Shown here: positions 42,322 through 53,739 of the stretch, one piece after another
Position numbering within the stretch: the stretch's first letter is position 1
How the letters are laid out: each line of letters starts with the position of its first letter
DNA from: Vitrella brassicaformis CCMP3155
Taxonomy: Eukaryota; Protista; Chromerida
DNA length: 64,000 bases
Assembly (NCBI GenBank): GCA_001179505.1
Contig: CDMY01000477.1
Location: forward strand, 1-64,000
Direction of reading: 5' to 3'
The notes under the pieces: generated by a model
Database searches by the model: none
What the model was told of the DNA's origin: nothing
What the model saw: the letters and a program-made list of their open reading frames with translations, nothing else
Program-made: the position numbers and the translations under genes

Positions 42322-45300
42322 TCAGATGTCCTGTAGGTTGAGGTCTGCCTCGACGAGTGCGGGGTCGTCCTCGTTGGCCCTGGTCTTGAAGCCGTAGTTC
42401 TCCAGCAAATGCAACATACCGCTATTCTGGCGGGGGGAAGGGGGGGGAGGGTGAGGGCACAACACACACACACACACACACACACAAGGTGGCAAAAGTG
42501 AGGCGACGCGATGAAATGTGCTGTGCGTTGGTGTGTGGGGTGGGCAGGAGGGCGCCTACCTCGTTGAGGACGAGTGCGTGGATGCGCTGCAGACCCTCCA
42601 TCCGGGCTATCTGCACACACACCCCCCACAAGGCACACATGGCATAGACACACGCTTGCACGCATCGCATATATGCTGGCTGCACAGCATACGTCCATGG
42701 CGTGGCTCATGAAGAGGCTTCCGAGGCCCTTGCCCTGGAAATCATCACGCACCACCAACTGCACACACCCAACACAACACACGCGTGGCCACAGATAGCT
42801 CCTGTCCTGTCTGTGTGGGTAGGTGCCTGCCTTGAGTTCTGCGAGTTCGAGTTTGTTGGGGTATCTGTGGAGGCGCAGCACCCCGGCGATCTCCTTGTCG
42901 GTCAGGTCCACAGCCAGCAGACATATCAGACGGGCGTAGTCCGCATTGCACACCCCTATCTGCACACACCAACACCCAAACAAACAGGAAACATCTCACG
43001 ACACGACAGACATAGGGCGCGGCGCCTCCGTGTCAGGCAGGTATGTATCGGCTGACCAGCCGCTGGTGTGCGGCGCGCTCGTCCAGCGACACAGACGACA
43101 GATACCGCTGCCTGCATGCGCCGCACACACCCAGAGGTGTACTTGCTGCGTGTGTGGGTGTGTCTTTTAGTGTGCTGACTTGATGGTTTCTGTGGAGAGT
43201 CGTGCGTGGAATCGCTTCATCAGGGCCTCGTCCTCAGCCCGGATCGGCCGAAACATCACACGCGCACCGGACCTGCACAACACACCACACACAAACAGAC
43301 AGAGAGAAAACGGAAAGATTTCTCTCTGTATCTATCGTCTCGTCTGTGCGCATGGCATGTTGTTTCGGTTACTTGAGTGTCTCCTCTTTGATGTACTCGG
43401 CGGGGTAGGGCCGGATGGCCAGCATGGGCGGCGCCTCCTCCTTGGACCTGCATGCATACGACCACGCACACGAACACACACACATATGGGTGAATGTGTA
43501 GACGCAGCTCACATGACAGACGTGTGCACACGGATAGGTACCGTACGTACCTGAGTGCCACTCTTGCGTCGAGTGCGATGATGTGTTTGTGTGAGACGAG
43601 GAGGGGGTTGATGTCACACTCAGACACCCACGCCGACAACTCAGATATCATCTGAGTGAATGAATGGACACATACATACACCCACGCACACACACACAGA
43701 CAGACAGACTCACGCCACGCCTCTATCTGTATCTCTCTCGCTGCCTCTATCTCTGCCTACACACGCACATGCATGCCATGCGAAAGTACCTCTGAGAATC
43801 TGCAGACAACTTGTCCGAGGGCGTCCATGTTGACAGGGGGCTGGCCCCGCACACCCAGCAACGCGCGGTAGACCTTGGTCTCCTACACACACCCCACGCA
43901 CACAGCCGGGTCGATCGATGGATGGCACATGTGCCTGCCTGCAGACCTCCATGAGTCGTTTAGCGAGTGTGGTGTTGAGTGGCGGCAGGCCGAGTGCCTT
44001 GTCGCGGTAGACCTCCACCAGCGACCCGCCGCTGCCGAACAGCACCAAAGGGCCGAACTGGGGGTCCAGCGAACTCCCCAATATGATCTCGTAACCCTCG
44101 TGGATGTTGATCATCTGCTGAACCGTCACACCCTGCACACAGACAGACCCATGCACACGTGTGCACATTGACTGACTGACACGGGTAAGTAAGGATGGAG
44201 GTCTGTGGAGGTGGTGGTGACAGGTGGCTTGGCTTGCCTGAAAGTCCTCTGCTTTTGCCTTCTGGGTGACCGACGTCTTGATGGTATTGAACGAATCTAC
44301 CACCTGCCATGCCATGCCATGCCATGCACACACACATGGATCAGTGCCGTCACTCATAAGACACGCATGTGGATCTGTGCTGTCCGTGTGCGTACGGCCT
44401 GTTTGCTGTTGATGTTGAGCTTGACGCCGCCCACGTCGCTCTTGTGTGTGATGGTCTCGCTGTTCAACTTGACCACTACCGGATAACCCATCTACACACA
44501 GACAGACAGACAGACGAACGGAAGCTCTTTTTGTTCGTCAATCGGGGTGACTTGCCGTGCTGACCTTGTCCGCAGCATTGCCTGCCTCCTCTGCTGTGCC
44601 GCACACGACGGTTTGCACGCATGGGATCTCATACGCCGCCAACACCTACATGGACACACAGAGAGAGATCCGTCCATCCATCCATCTTTGGGTGGGTGGG
44701 CAGTGGGACTAGGTACCTGTTTGGATTCGTTTTCTGTGAGTACGTCCCTTTTCTCCTGCTGCGCTCGCTCCATGATGGCCTGGGCGATGTCGCGGGCAGA
44801 CAGACCGCTGGGCTTGTCGTACACCGCACCCAACACCAACGTCGGCGTCTCGTACATCAACTACATACACACACACACACACACGAAGCCCTCACCCTTG
44901 GTCGATGGCCCTGCCCCGTTCCTGTCTGTGTGTGTGTGTGTGTGTGTGGTTACATCTAGGTTTCTGGACTGTTGCCAGATTTTGGCGAATGTCCGTGCAG
45001 CCGCATCGGGGTATGCGAATGTGGGGATGCCGGCCTCGTTGAGGATGTGTATGCCCTCCTGCACCTCCCCGCCGCCCATCCAGGACGCCAGGATGGGCAC
45101 CGGCCGGGAGGAGCCCGCGAACTTGCTGGCGAAGGGCGCCAGTTGCTTTGCCGTACCAGTGGCATCCGTCACATCCTGATCGACAGTTGATTGATTGCAT
45201 CAGGGAGGGAGTACATCACATCCATTGGGTGTTGGGAGGTTGGAATGCACCCACCTGTGGCGATAGAATGACGAGCACTCCGTCAGCGTTGTGGTCTTCC

Positions 45301-47296
45301 ATGACTATCTCGAGCGTCTTGGCGTACGCCTCGGGGCTCGCGTCACCCAACACATCCACCGGGCTGGTACACACGCCATACACACACGGTGGTAGACGCG
45401 AGTTTGGGTGCAAGGCCATGGGGGGCAAGCAGGCAGGCGCACTTACTTTGAGTGGCTCCAGGCGGGTGGCAGGACCTCGTTGAGTTTGGCTATGGTGCTC
45501 TCGTCCAGCTCAGCCATCTTGGCGCCGGCAACCGCCTGTGGGACACATTGGTCCACATGATACACACACGTGGATGGGATGGACGAGTGACTTGGTGCCA
45601 CGAGTGCTGTCAGATGGGTACCACGGCGTCTGTGGACAGCACCCCCGGGCCACCCGCATTGGTGATGATCAGCAAACCTTCACAACACAGACACACAGAT
45701 GCGAAAGTATCTATCACGCAAACATGCCATCGTGTGTGTATGGTGAGTGCTCTCTGACGCACGTCACATACCTCCTCCTTGCGGCCTCGGCTGTTTGCCG
45801 AGCACCAGCGCGCAGTCGAACAACTCGCTGATCGTGTCAACCCTATACACACACCACACCACACCACAAACACAACACATACAGTTAGTTGTGTGGCATA
45901 CGCTGGTCATTGACACTGGCAAAACTTACAGACCTGAGGACGCCGACTCGTTTCATGGCGGCTTCGAACGCATCGTCGCTGCCTGCGAGTGAGCCCGTGT
46001 GGCTGGCCGCCGCTTTGGCGGCCGCCTGTGTGCGGCCAGCCTTGATGACGATGATCGGCTTGGACAACGCCACCTGAACACATTATGTAGACAGACAGAG
46101 AGGGACGGGTGGGACAGGTAAGGTAAGACGCATGTCGGCTGAGTGGTGACTGACTGACCTCTTTGGCTGCCGAGAGGAACCCTCTCGCGTCGCCGATGGT
46201 CTCCATGTAGATCAGGATGGAATGAGTGTGGGGGTCGTTGCCTTGACGTACATCCACACCAGGTACACCGCACACAAATGGTGCCTCTCTGTCCCTCCGC
46301 CCTGTGAGTGTGTTGCCTGCCTCCCTGCCTGTCTGTCAGTTCCTACCGAGGTAGTCGATGAGGTCGCCCCAGTTGACGTCAGCCATGGAGCCTATCGACA
46401 CGAATGCGCTGAATCCGATCTTCTCCTTGAGCGACCAGTCCAGCACCGCCGTGCACATGGCACCCGACTGGCTGATGAACGCTATGTGACCCGGCAACGC
46501 AAAGGACGCCGCAAACGTCGCGTTCAGACCGTCTGACCAGCCAACACATAGACACATATATGTGACACAGACAGGATCAGCCAGTCAGCACGTTAGTCCC
46601 CTCTCCTCCCCATTGCCTGCCTACAATTGGGGTTCATGACGCCCAGACAGTTGGGCCCGACGACGCGAATGCCGCCCTTGGATGCCTCCTCGAGCACCTC
46701 TCTCTCGAGCGCCATGCCAGGCTCGCCCAGCTCCTTGAAGCCCGCTGATATGACGATGGCCGCCAGCACCCTCTTGGCGGCGCTCTTGCGGATGACGTCG
46801 GGGACCGACTTGGCAGGTGTGACGATGACCACCAGGTCGATGTTAGTGGGCACGTCGGCGAGCGTGGCGTAGCACGGCAGACCCATCACCGACTTGCGCC
46901 CGGGGTTGATGGGGTACACTGTGAAGGCGAAATTCACGCTGAAGTTGCCCTACATCCATCGACACACAGACATCAATGAATGGATGAATCAGTGGGGATC
47001 GCTGGGCGGCATGTGCATGTGCGTGGGTACCGTACCTGTATGAGGTTCTGCATGAGCGTACGGCCCACCGATCCCTCCCTCTCTGTGGCACCGACGACCG
47101 CAACATAGCGCGGCTCGAATATCGCGCTCAACGACGACCTGCAGCCCATGGCATGCAGTGCAGAGCGGGCTCAGTGATCGAAATATAAATACTATCCATT
47201 CACTTGTGCTTGCCTGGGTTTCTGTGTGTAGTCCTGTGATGGGTCGAATATCTTCGACTTGGCTGGCGGCACCGCCATGCTCATCGTCTGAGGCAT
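42322..47296 (-). CDS. ADP-forming acyl/acetyl-CoA ligase + ATP-grasp + C-terminal GNAT fusion (Pat/PatZ/YfiQ-like family), about 25 exons
   Basis: [144 protein letters not shown]. Confidence 0.93.
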
Positions 47297-47718
47297 CGAT
47301 TCGCACACACCCTGACCGACACGACAGCCGTAACGAAGCAGCAGACAGTCGACAATCGATTGCCCCTTTGGTGTTCTGCGTACCTATCTCTTGACTGTGT
47401 CAGGCTGTCCGTCTTTGCGTGAGGATACTCAACCGAGAGCAAGAAGAGCCTGGCGAAAAGCGCAGAAAAAGCACGCCGTTTCTCTCTTTGCCTTGGACGT
47501 CCACGGATCCATTCGACGGCCGGGAGATCTTAGTCTGTCAGCAAGGCGTACCTGTGCCTCAGGCTGGGCAGTCGGTAGATCTCTTCAAGATTCGTCGCAT
47601 ACAGAGAGCGTCACCAACGTGCCGATTGTCGAAACAGCAACCGAAACGGACTTGACCCAAAAAGATGCGCGATCGCGCGGGCTCGAAACGCAAGGTGATC
47701 TGAAAAGGGCGCGTTCAG

Positions 47719-49020
47719 GATGCTGGACGCTTATGTGGTTCTCTATCTGTTGCTGTTGACATGCCAGGGCATCGCCATCGTCATCGCAGCCTCCGGCCAG
47801 TGGCGTTTGAATCGCACTTCCCCCGGATTTCTGGGTGTGTTTGGTATCGTTTCGGCCATTGTGGCGATGGGGAACTCGCGATGGCAGGGCGACGGAAGAG
47901 CCGTGTGGATTGCTGCAGGGGCTGCAATTTGCAACGACGTGTCGTTGGGGCTGCTCTGGTAGAGGCACACTGATGATGAGTCTGCACTTTTCACCCATTC
48001 CGTCTCTTCAGGCTCAAGTACGCCATTGAGATGAAAGACAAGAAGACGAGCAGACCGACAGGGAGAGGAAGGCGGTTGCTGGGAGGCCTCGCCATCGCCA
48101 CATCGTTCGTTGTGCTGCATGTCATGAGAGTTCTAACGCACATGGAGCACATCTATGGCGGCGTCATCCTGCTGCTGATGTCAGTCATCTTCTCGCTCAG
48201 CGGCACTGTTGGCTGCATTCCGGTCAGGAGTGACGGAAACCCACTGCAAGACGTCAGTCACACAAGCAAAATACTATCTGTGAATCAACACTCAACTCGC
48301 AGACAATATGTGTAGGGATTGGTGGACCCCAGGAAGGCTTGTTGGCGGCGAAGCGACCTTCCACCTGTCCTGCTGTCGCTGTGCTTCTCCGCCTTCACGG
48401 TGACTATTGCCATCGTGTCTTTTGCCATCGCCGGCCGAAAGACGACCCCCTACAAGCGGGTGTCATATTGGAGCATGGCCAGAAAGTACACATGTGAGAG
48501 CGAGTTCACTGCATGGGTGCGCTGTTCCACACGCCTTTTGTACGTGCAGGTGTTGAGGCTCGCTGCCTATTTCGTGATGGTTCTAGTCCAGCGACAGCAT
48601 GCGGCGCACCTGCTGGCCAGCGAAAAAAAGGAGGTCCACTATGATAGCGCTCTGGGCAGTGGTGGTTTGCTGTCTTGGCGACAAAGGCAGGTCTTCTCTT
48701 TCTTCGCGTCATGCTGCGTGTCCTTCCTGGCGCTGTTTCTCTTTGCTGAACTGGGAATGTCTCCCGAAGACCACGTCAGCCGGTCGGGGGCGCTCTACGA
48801 GACCTTTCATCAATCACTCGTTGATCACTCGTTGTGGGCACATTTTGCCCTCATTTGTGTGTGTACTGCTCGGGCCAAACGGACGAGGAGCAGTTTGATT
48901 GATGCCATCAATGGTAGAAACCCCTCTCTTTTGCCAGCAGTGGATGGATGGATGGCTGCATCGTGTGTGTGTGTGTGTTTTAAGGTGCGTGCCCGTACAT
49001 ATGTGTGCTTTGTGCGGTCG
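47719..49020 (+). CDS. Hypothetical multi-pass membrane protein
   Basis: Several hydrophobic helices in GT-AG-linked exons (YVVLYLLLLTCQGIAIVIAA; LLGGLAIATSFVVLHVM; VLLSLCFSAFTVTIAIVSFAIA; VFSFFASCCVSFLALFLF); ends uncertain. Confidence 0.45.
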
Positions 49021-49449
49021 ATGAATGAATGAGTGAGTGATGGCATGGATGGATGGATGGATGATGTATGTGTCGAGGGCGTAGAGAGGGCCCCCTCCCC
49101 CCAAGACGCATTGGTGGATCCATTAGACGGCCGGTGTGTACGTCAATTTGGCCTCCAGCGACCGGCTGCCTGCCTGCCTGGCTGGCTGATGAATGCTATG
49201 TGTGTACGGGCGGGCGGACTGAAAACATTCATGTGTTCATTTCGGATAATCAAACGTCTCTCGGGTCTCTCAGCCACACACACACGCACACACACGAACC
49301 AACAGGCACATACTGCACACTGCACACACATCATCCCGCCATGATCAGTCTGTCGTCTGTCCCTCCCTCTCCTTCGCTCAGCTATCTGGAACGAGGTGAG
49401 CTCCAAACGCTCAGCTCACGTCCCTGTCTGTCTGTCTGTCTGGCGGCTC

Positions 49450-50770
49450 AGCTCCTGAAGTGCCTAGAAGAACCGGTTGGTGTCTATTGGGGGCTCGCAG
49501 AGGTCGTGGGTGAGGGCGTTGGCGGCGGCCGCCGATCGGGGGTAGGCCGCCCACCACGTTTGTGACACACAGATGCTTACAAACATGCGATTGTCCATCC
49601 ATCCATGCGTGTGCATGTCTGTCATCATCAGAGCTGACACATGGACACACCAGTCATCTCATCCATTGTCCGTCTGTCGGTCTGCACGACCCCAATTGCA
49701 TCGGCGCGTGACTTGCAATTCTTTCTTATGCACTGATGGTAACTCAACGAGCCGCGAAGTGGTAATGCGCCGTTTCCTGACAGAACAAAAGACGGACAGA
49801 CACACACACCCCAACACACACACACATGTACACACCCCACACGCGAATAGTGACCCGCACACATGGATGTGCATTTCATTCCTCACCTTGCTTGCACGGA
49901 ACTCCTCGGCCGCTCTTCTGGCCGCGTCCACGTCACCGTTGAACGCGCTCGGGTAGAAGCACTTGGACCTCTCCTTCCCGTCCACGTGGTACCGAGCTTG
50001 CCAACAGCGATTGTAAGGATCCCACCTGACCCCTGTCACGTCGCTGTGCGGTACTCCCTCCTTCGCCTCGCCCTTGCCGTTCTTGCGCGGCCCATGCCCG
50101 GCCCACATCACGCGAGCCGCTTCCTCAGCGAGTGCCTGATAAATAAAAACGTCATTTGTCTCCCCTCATGCCAACCCATTACGCGTCTGCAAGCTACCCA
50201 CCTTGGCCTGATCGAATGTGACGGTTCGCGTGATTTTGAATTGCTTCTCCTTGATCCGGCCTCGGAGGTGGTTCGGTGGTTTGGCACGCCACGCATTGCT
50301 GCCCTTGTGGTACGACACTCCGGGCACGTCAGACTGATACACAGCAGGCGCGACGACGGTCAGGTCCTTGGGTTTGCCGTCACTGAGGGGGTGTGGTGTC
50401 GGCTGGCTGGCGTAGCTCCGATGCTGCCCGTTGTGGCGGAGTGCCATGTCGCACTCGGCTCGGGGTGGCATTACTGAACACACAACGCAATGCACATGAG
50501 CAAAGAGTCAAGGACGGCCGGACGCCTGACTCACGCGCTGCAGTACCTATCGGGTCGTCCATGTGTTTGGCCTTATCCAGCTTGCGCGGGTTGTCAGCTA
50601 AGCGAGCACGGTCTGCCTGCAGATCAAACACAACACGCATGTGCCAGGTGGCGGCCCTTTGTTTTCTGGCTGGACCGGTGTGCTTTACCTTGAGTCTCAG
50701 TGCGATGGATCCGTCCATGCTCTCCGCCACACCACCGTCGGCTGTCACACGACCCTCCTGCACACCACGC
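49450..50770 (-). CDS. ApiAP2-type transcription factor with tandem AP2 domains (5' end probably in or beyond the gap 50807-51106)
   Basis: SDVPGVSYHKGSNAWRAK...EKQFKI...FDQAK|ALAEEAAR and SDVTGVRWDPYNRCWQARYHVDGKERSKCFYPSAFNGDVDAARRAAEEFRAS. Confidence 0.8.
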
Positions 50771-51207
50771 AACAAGCACCCCACAACACGCCCCCCCCCC
50801 CCCCCCNNNNNNNNNNNNNNNNNNNNNNNNNNNNNNNNNNNNNNNNNNNNNNNNNNNNNNNNNNNNNNNNNNNNNNNNNNNNNNNNNNNNNNNNNNNNNN
50901 NNNNNNNNNNNNNNNNNNNNNNNNNNNNNNNNNNNNNNNNNNNNNNNNNNNNNNNNNNNNNNNNNNNNNNNNNNNNNNNNNNNNNNNNNNNNNNNNNNNN
51001 NNNNNNNNNNNNNNNNNNNNNNNNNNNNNNNNNNNNNNNNNNNNNNNNNNNNNNNNNNNNNNNNNNNNNNNNNNNNNNNNNNNNNNNNNNNNNNNNNNNN
51101 NNNNNNCCCCCCCCACACACACCATACAGATCACACCCCACAACACACCCACACACACACACACACACACAGACACACACACATCCCATGGAGTCACGCG
51201 TTAGCAT

Positions 51208-51992
51208 TCAGGTGGATGGAATGCCGACCATGCTGATGCTCGAGCGGGGGTTGGAGAGGTAGTAGCGGTTGCCGCGCTTGACGAGGAAGCTTGAAGCCAC
51301 CAACTGATCCAAACAATCTGGGAACGGACACGCAAACAGGGAGAGGGAGTGATGGATGTGAGTGGGTGGGAGTGTGGGTGTGTGCCGTTGCGAACCGTCC
51401 ATCTGTCTGCGTGAGAGAGCAGGGAAGGCCTTCAACAGATTCTTCTTGACTGCACTCACATACACGAGCAGTCAATGGCGGTCTCTGGCTGTCTGTGTCT
51501 GTGTGGTCTCGCTGCACTCACCGCACTCGCTGTGTCGCTCGCAGAAGCCGCGAACTTCATCCAACATCGACAACTGAAACATCACACCACAGACACGTGG
51601 GCCGACAACATCAGACCGTCATGTCGCATCACACCTTCTCATCCCAGAGCCTGGCACGGTTTGTGTGTGTCTTTGTGCCCTTGGCGCCCGCCTTCTTGTT
51701 CCCCGCCCCCCCCCGCAACAGCCGTCAGTTTCTGCTTCTTTGCTTCGCCCTTGGCGGCACCAGCCTTCTTCTTAGATGCGGCCACGTCGACGCCCCACTC
51801 GTCGTCGTCCTCATCGCTGCTCTCGGGTGCGTCACGCCCCTCCCGCCAAGGGCCGTCTGGGCTGTGCGCTCGCTTCTTGCGGTTGCGGGCCTTCTGCTGT
51901 CGGTCGTTTGCGATCTCTGGCGCGCCTGCAGGTCGTGTGTCACTCCTGCTCGACGAGAACTCTAAGTGGCATGGCCGTGGCGCACTCGTCAT
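51208..51992 (-). CDS. Small hypothetical nuclear protein: charged low-complexity N-part, possible winged-helix-like C-terminus
   Basis: RQQKARNRKKR..ESSDEDDDEW..KKKAG..KKQK exon; downstream exons with gtgagt/gtatgt donors give LDEVRGFCERHSECETAIDC..CLDQLVASSFLVKRGNRYYL*. Splice model not unique. Confidence 0.4.
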
Positions 51993-52903
51993 TGCCACCG
52001 TTGAGCAGGCGGGCGTGGCAAGCCGGCTTTTCAAGCTGGGTGTCTTTGACGTTGTGTTTGCCAGTAGGTGCATCACAGAGAGGTCATAGAGAGCAGCATA
52101 TGCACTCTGTCTGTGTCCTCTCCCCTCAGCTAAGGGAAGTCCCACCGAGGCCGTCCGGCATCTTCTCATCCGTATGGCCAAAAAACTCCCCACGCGAATA
52201 GTGGTAAGACAGCAAGATCACGTACGGCATCCACAATAACGCACAGGCAGCGGGCACATTGCCTGTGCAGGTTTTCCACATGGGTGACGGCGACGCCCAT
52301 GGTTTGGATATCGCCCTCACCCTCGCTTCCCAACTGGAGCAGCACGGAATCGAGATCGGCTGGCTCACTGTATCGCGCATGCAGATCGAGAAATGGAAAA
52401 AGAAGGTATGCGCGGAAAACGGTATCTCACTTGCATGGCTTCGCTGGGTTTATGTCTGTTTGCGTGTGCGCACACTGACTCAGTTTGACTTGCAGTCGAA
52501 GGGATGCAGCGAGACTGACATGAAGAAGATCAAGAGTCTGCTGAACGGCCCAGGTGACGGTGCGTCGCGAGACGATCAACGAAGGTGGTTGCAGAAGAAA
52601 AACACAAAGGTGACGACACAGGAGATGACACAGGCCTGAATCAGAACCAAACCTCGATGCTGACTGTGCTTGCACAGCTGTGGCAATCCCTTCAGTACCA
52701 GATTGAGGCAATCGAGAGTACGGGGAAACAGATGAAGCTCGATGTAAGAATGTCAGACACCAATGGAGGCCAACCGGCACACAGACAGTGACTGGTGATG
52801 TCCTCAGATGGTGTTCGACCGTGTGGACACAGAGGTGCTAAGACAGGTGTTTCGGGAACTGCTGGAGAAGAGGCTAGGGCTAGACGTGAGCATGATGGCA
52901 TGA
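51932..52903 (+). CDS. Divergent Spo11/TopoVI-A/JetD-type TOPRIM-domain protein; start codon and 5' exons not identified
   Basis: Six exons joined in phase by ~65-80-nt GT-AG introns: ALVIATVEQAGVASRLF..FA|TKGSPTEAVRHLLIRM..IV|VFHMGDGDAHGLDIA..GWL..|..SETDMKKIKSLL..|LWQSLQYQIEAIESTGKQMKLD|MVFD..*. Confidence 0.7.
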
Positions 52904-53739
52904 ATGGACAGGCTGTGTGATTGTGGTCCTCGGCTTTTGGCTCGGTCGAAACACGTTATCACGTGAATCGGACTTTTTCTCAAGTATCAGACTTGCGTGT
53001 CTTATTATTTTCAACCAATCAGACTTTTCATGTTTGCTCAATGGACACGCCAATCGATTGAATGCGTCTCGTATGTGTGTGTGTGTGTCCATCAATCCAT
53101 CCATCTCATCAACCCTCGATCTCCCTTACTCACACAACATATACACATACATACCCACCCACCCACCCACCCACACACCACATGCATTACGCATTCGTTC
53201 AACCGCACCCAGCTGCAGATGACCCCTTGAACACATTAATCAGATGACAGGCATGGCTATCGAGGCATGAATGCCGAGCCGCCAGTCATTCGTGTCAATC
53301 TAATGGGTGGCAGTGTCTATCTATTGTGCTCCTCGGCTTTTGGCTTGGTCGAGACGATGGCGGCCATGTGGTCGTTGCCGCCAAGGTGCATCGTGACGGC
53401 CATCGTGTCGCCCGGCCGGTGGCCCTCGAGCACGTAGACACGGTTGTACCGACGGTCGTCACACATGTGGAAGTAATCCTGTGGAGTGGACACACAGACA
53501 CACAGACAGGCAGACAGACAGACAGATGCGTGTGCCCATGTGTGTGTGTGTGTGTGTGTGTGTTCGATACCTTCGTCTGAGTATGTGTGTTGGTAAGGGT
53601 GTCCTTCTATTGCACGTTCCTCTGCTCTGTGCCCATCCTGGTGCTTGCCAGTTCATTCAACCGCAAAGAAGAAGAAGTACGCATGTAATAACATCTCAAA
53701 GAAGAAGACACATACAGGCGCGCGCATCACATACCTGTG

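Noticed and set aside
51475-51931. Signal-peptide-like start (MAVSGCLCLCGLAALTALAVSLA) of the ORF leading into the TOPRIM exon
   Set aside because: It lies antisense to another gene's intron and exons and derives partly from tgtc repeats; most likely a shadow ORF. Kept only as one option for the missing 5' end.
52918-53490. ~33-bp direct repeat (52918-52952 and 53323-53352) and a coding-like - strand exon DYFHMCDDRRYNRVYVLEGHRPGD...
   Set aside because: Could not be joined in phase to an upstream start and matches no family I recognise; possibly a gene remnant.
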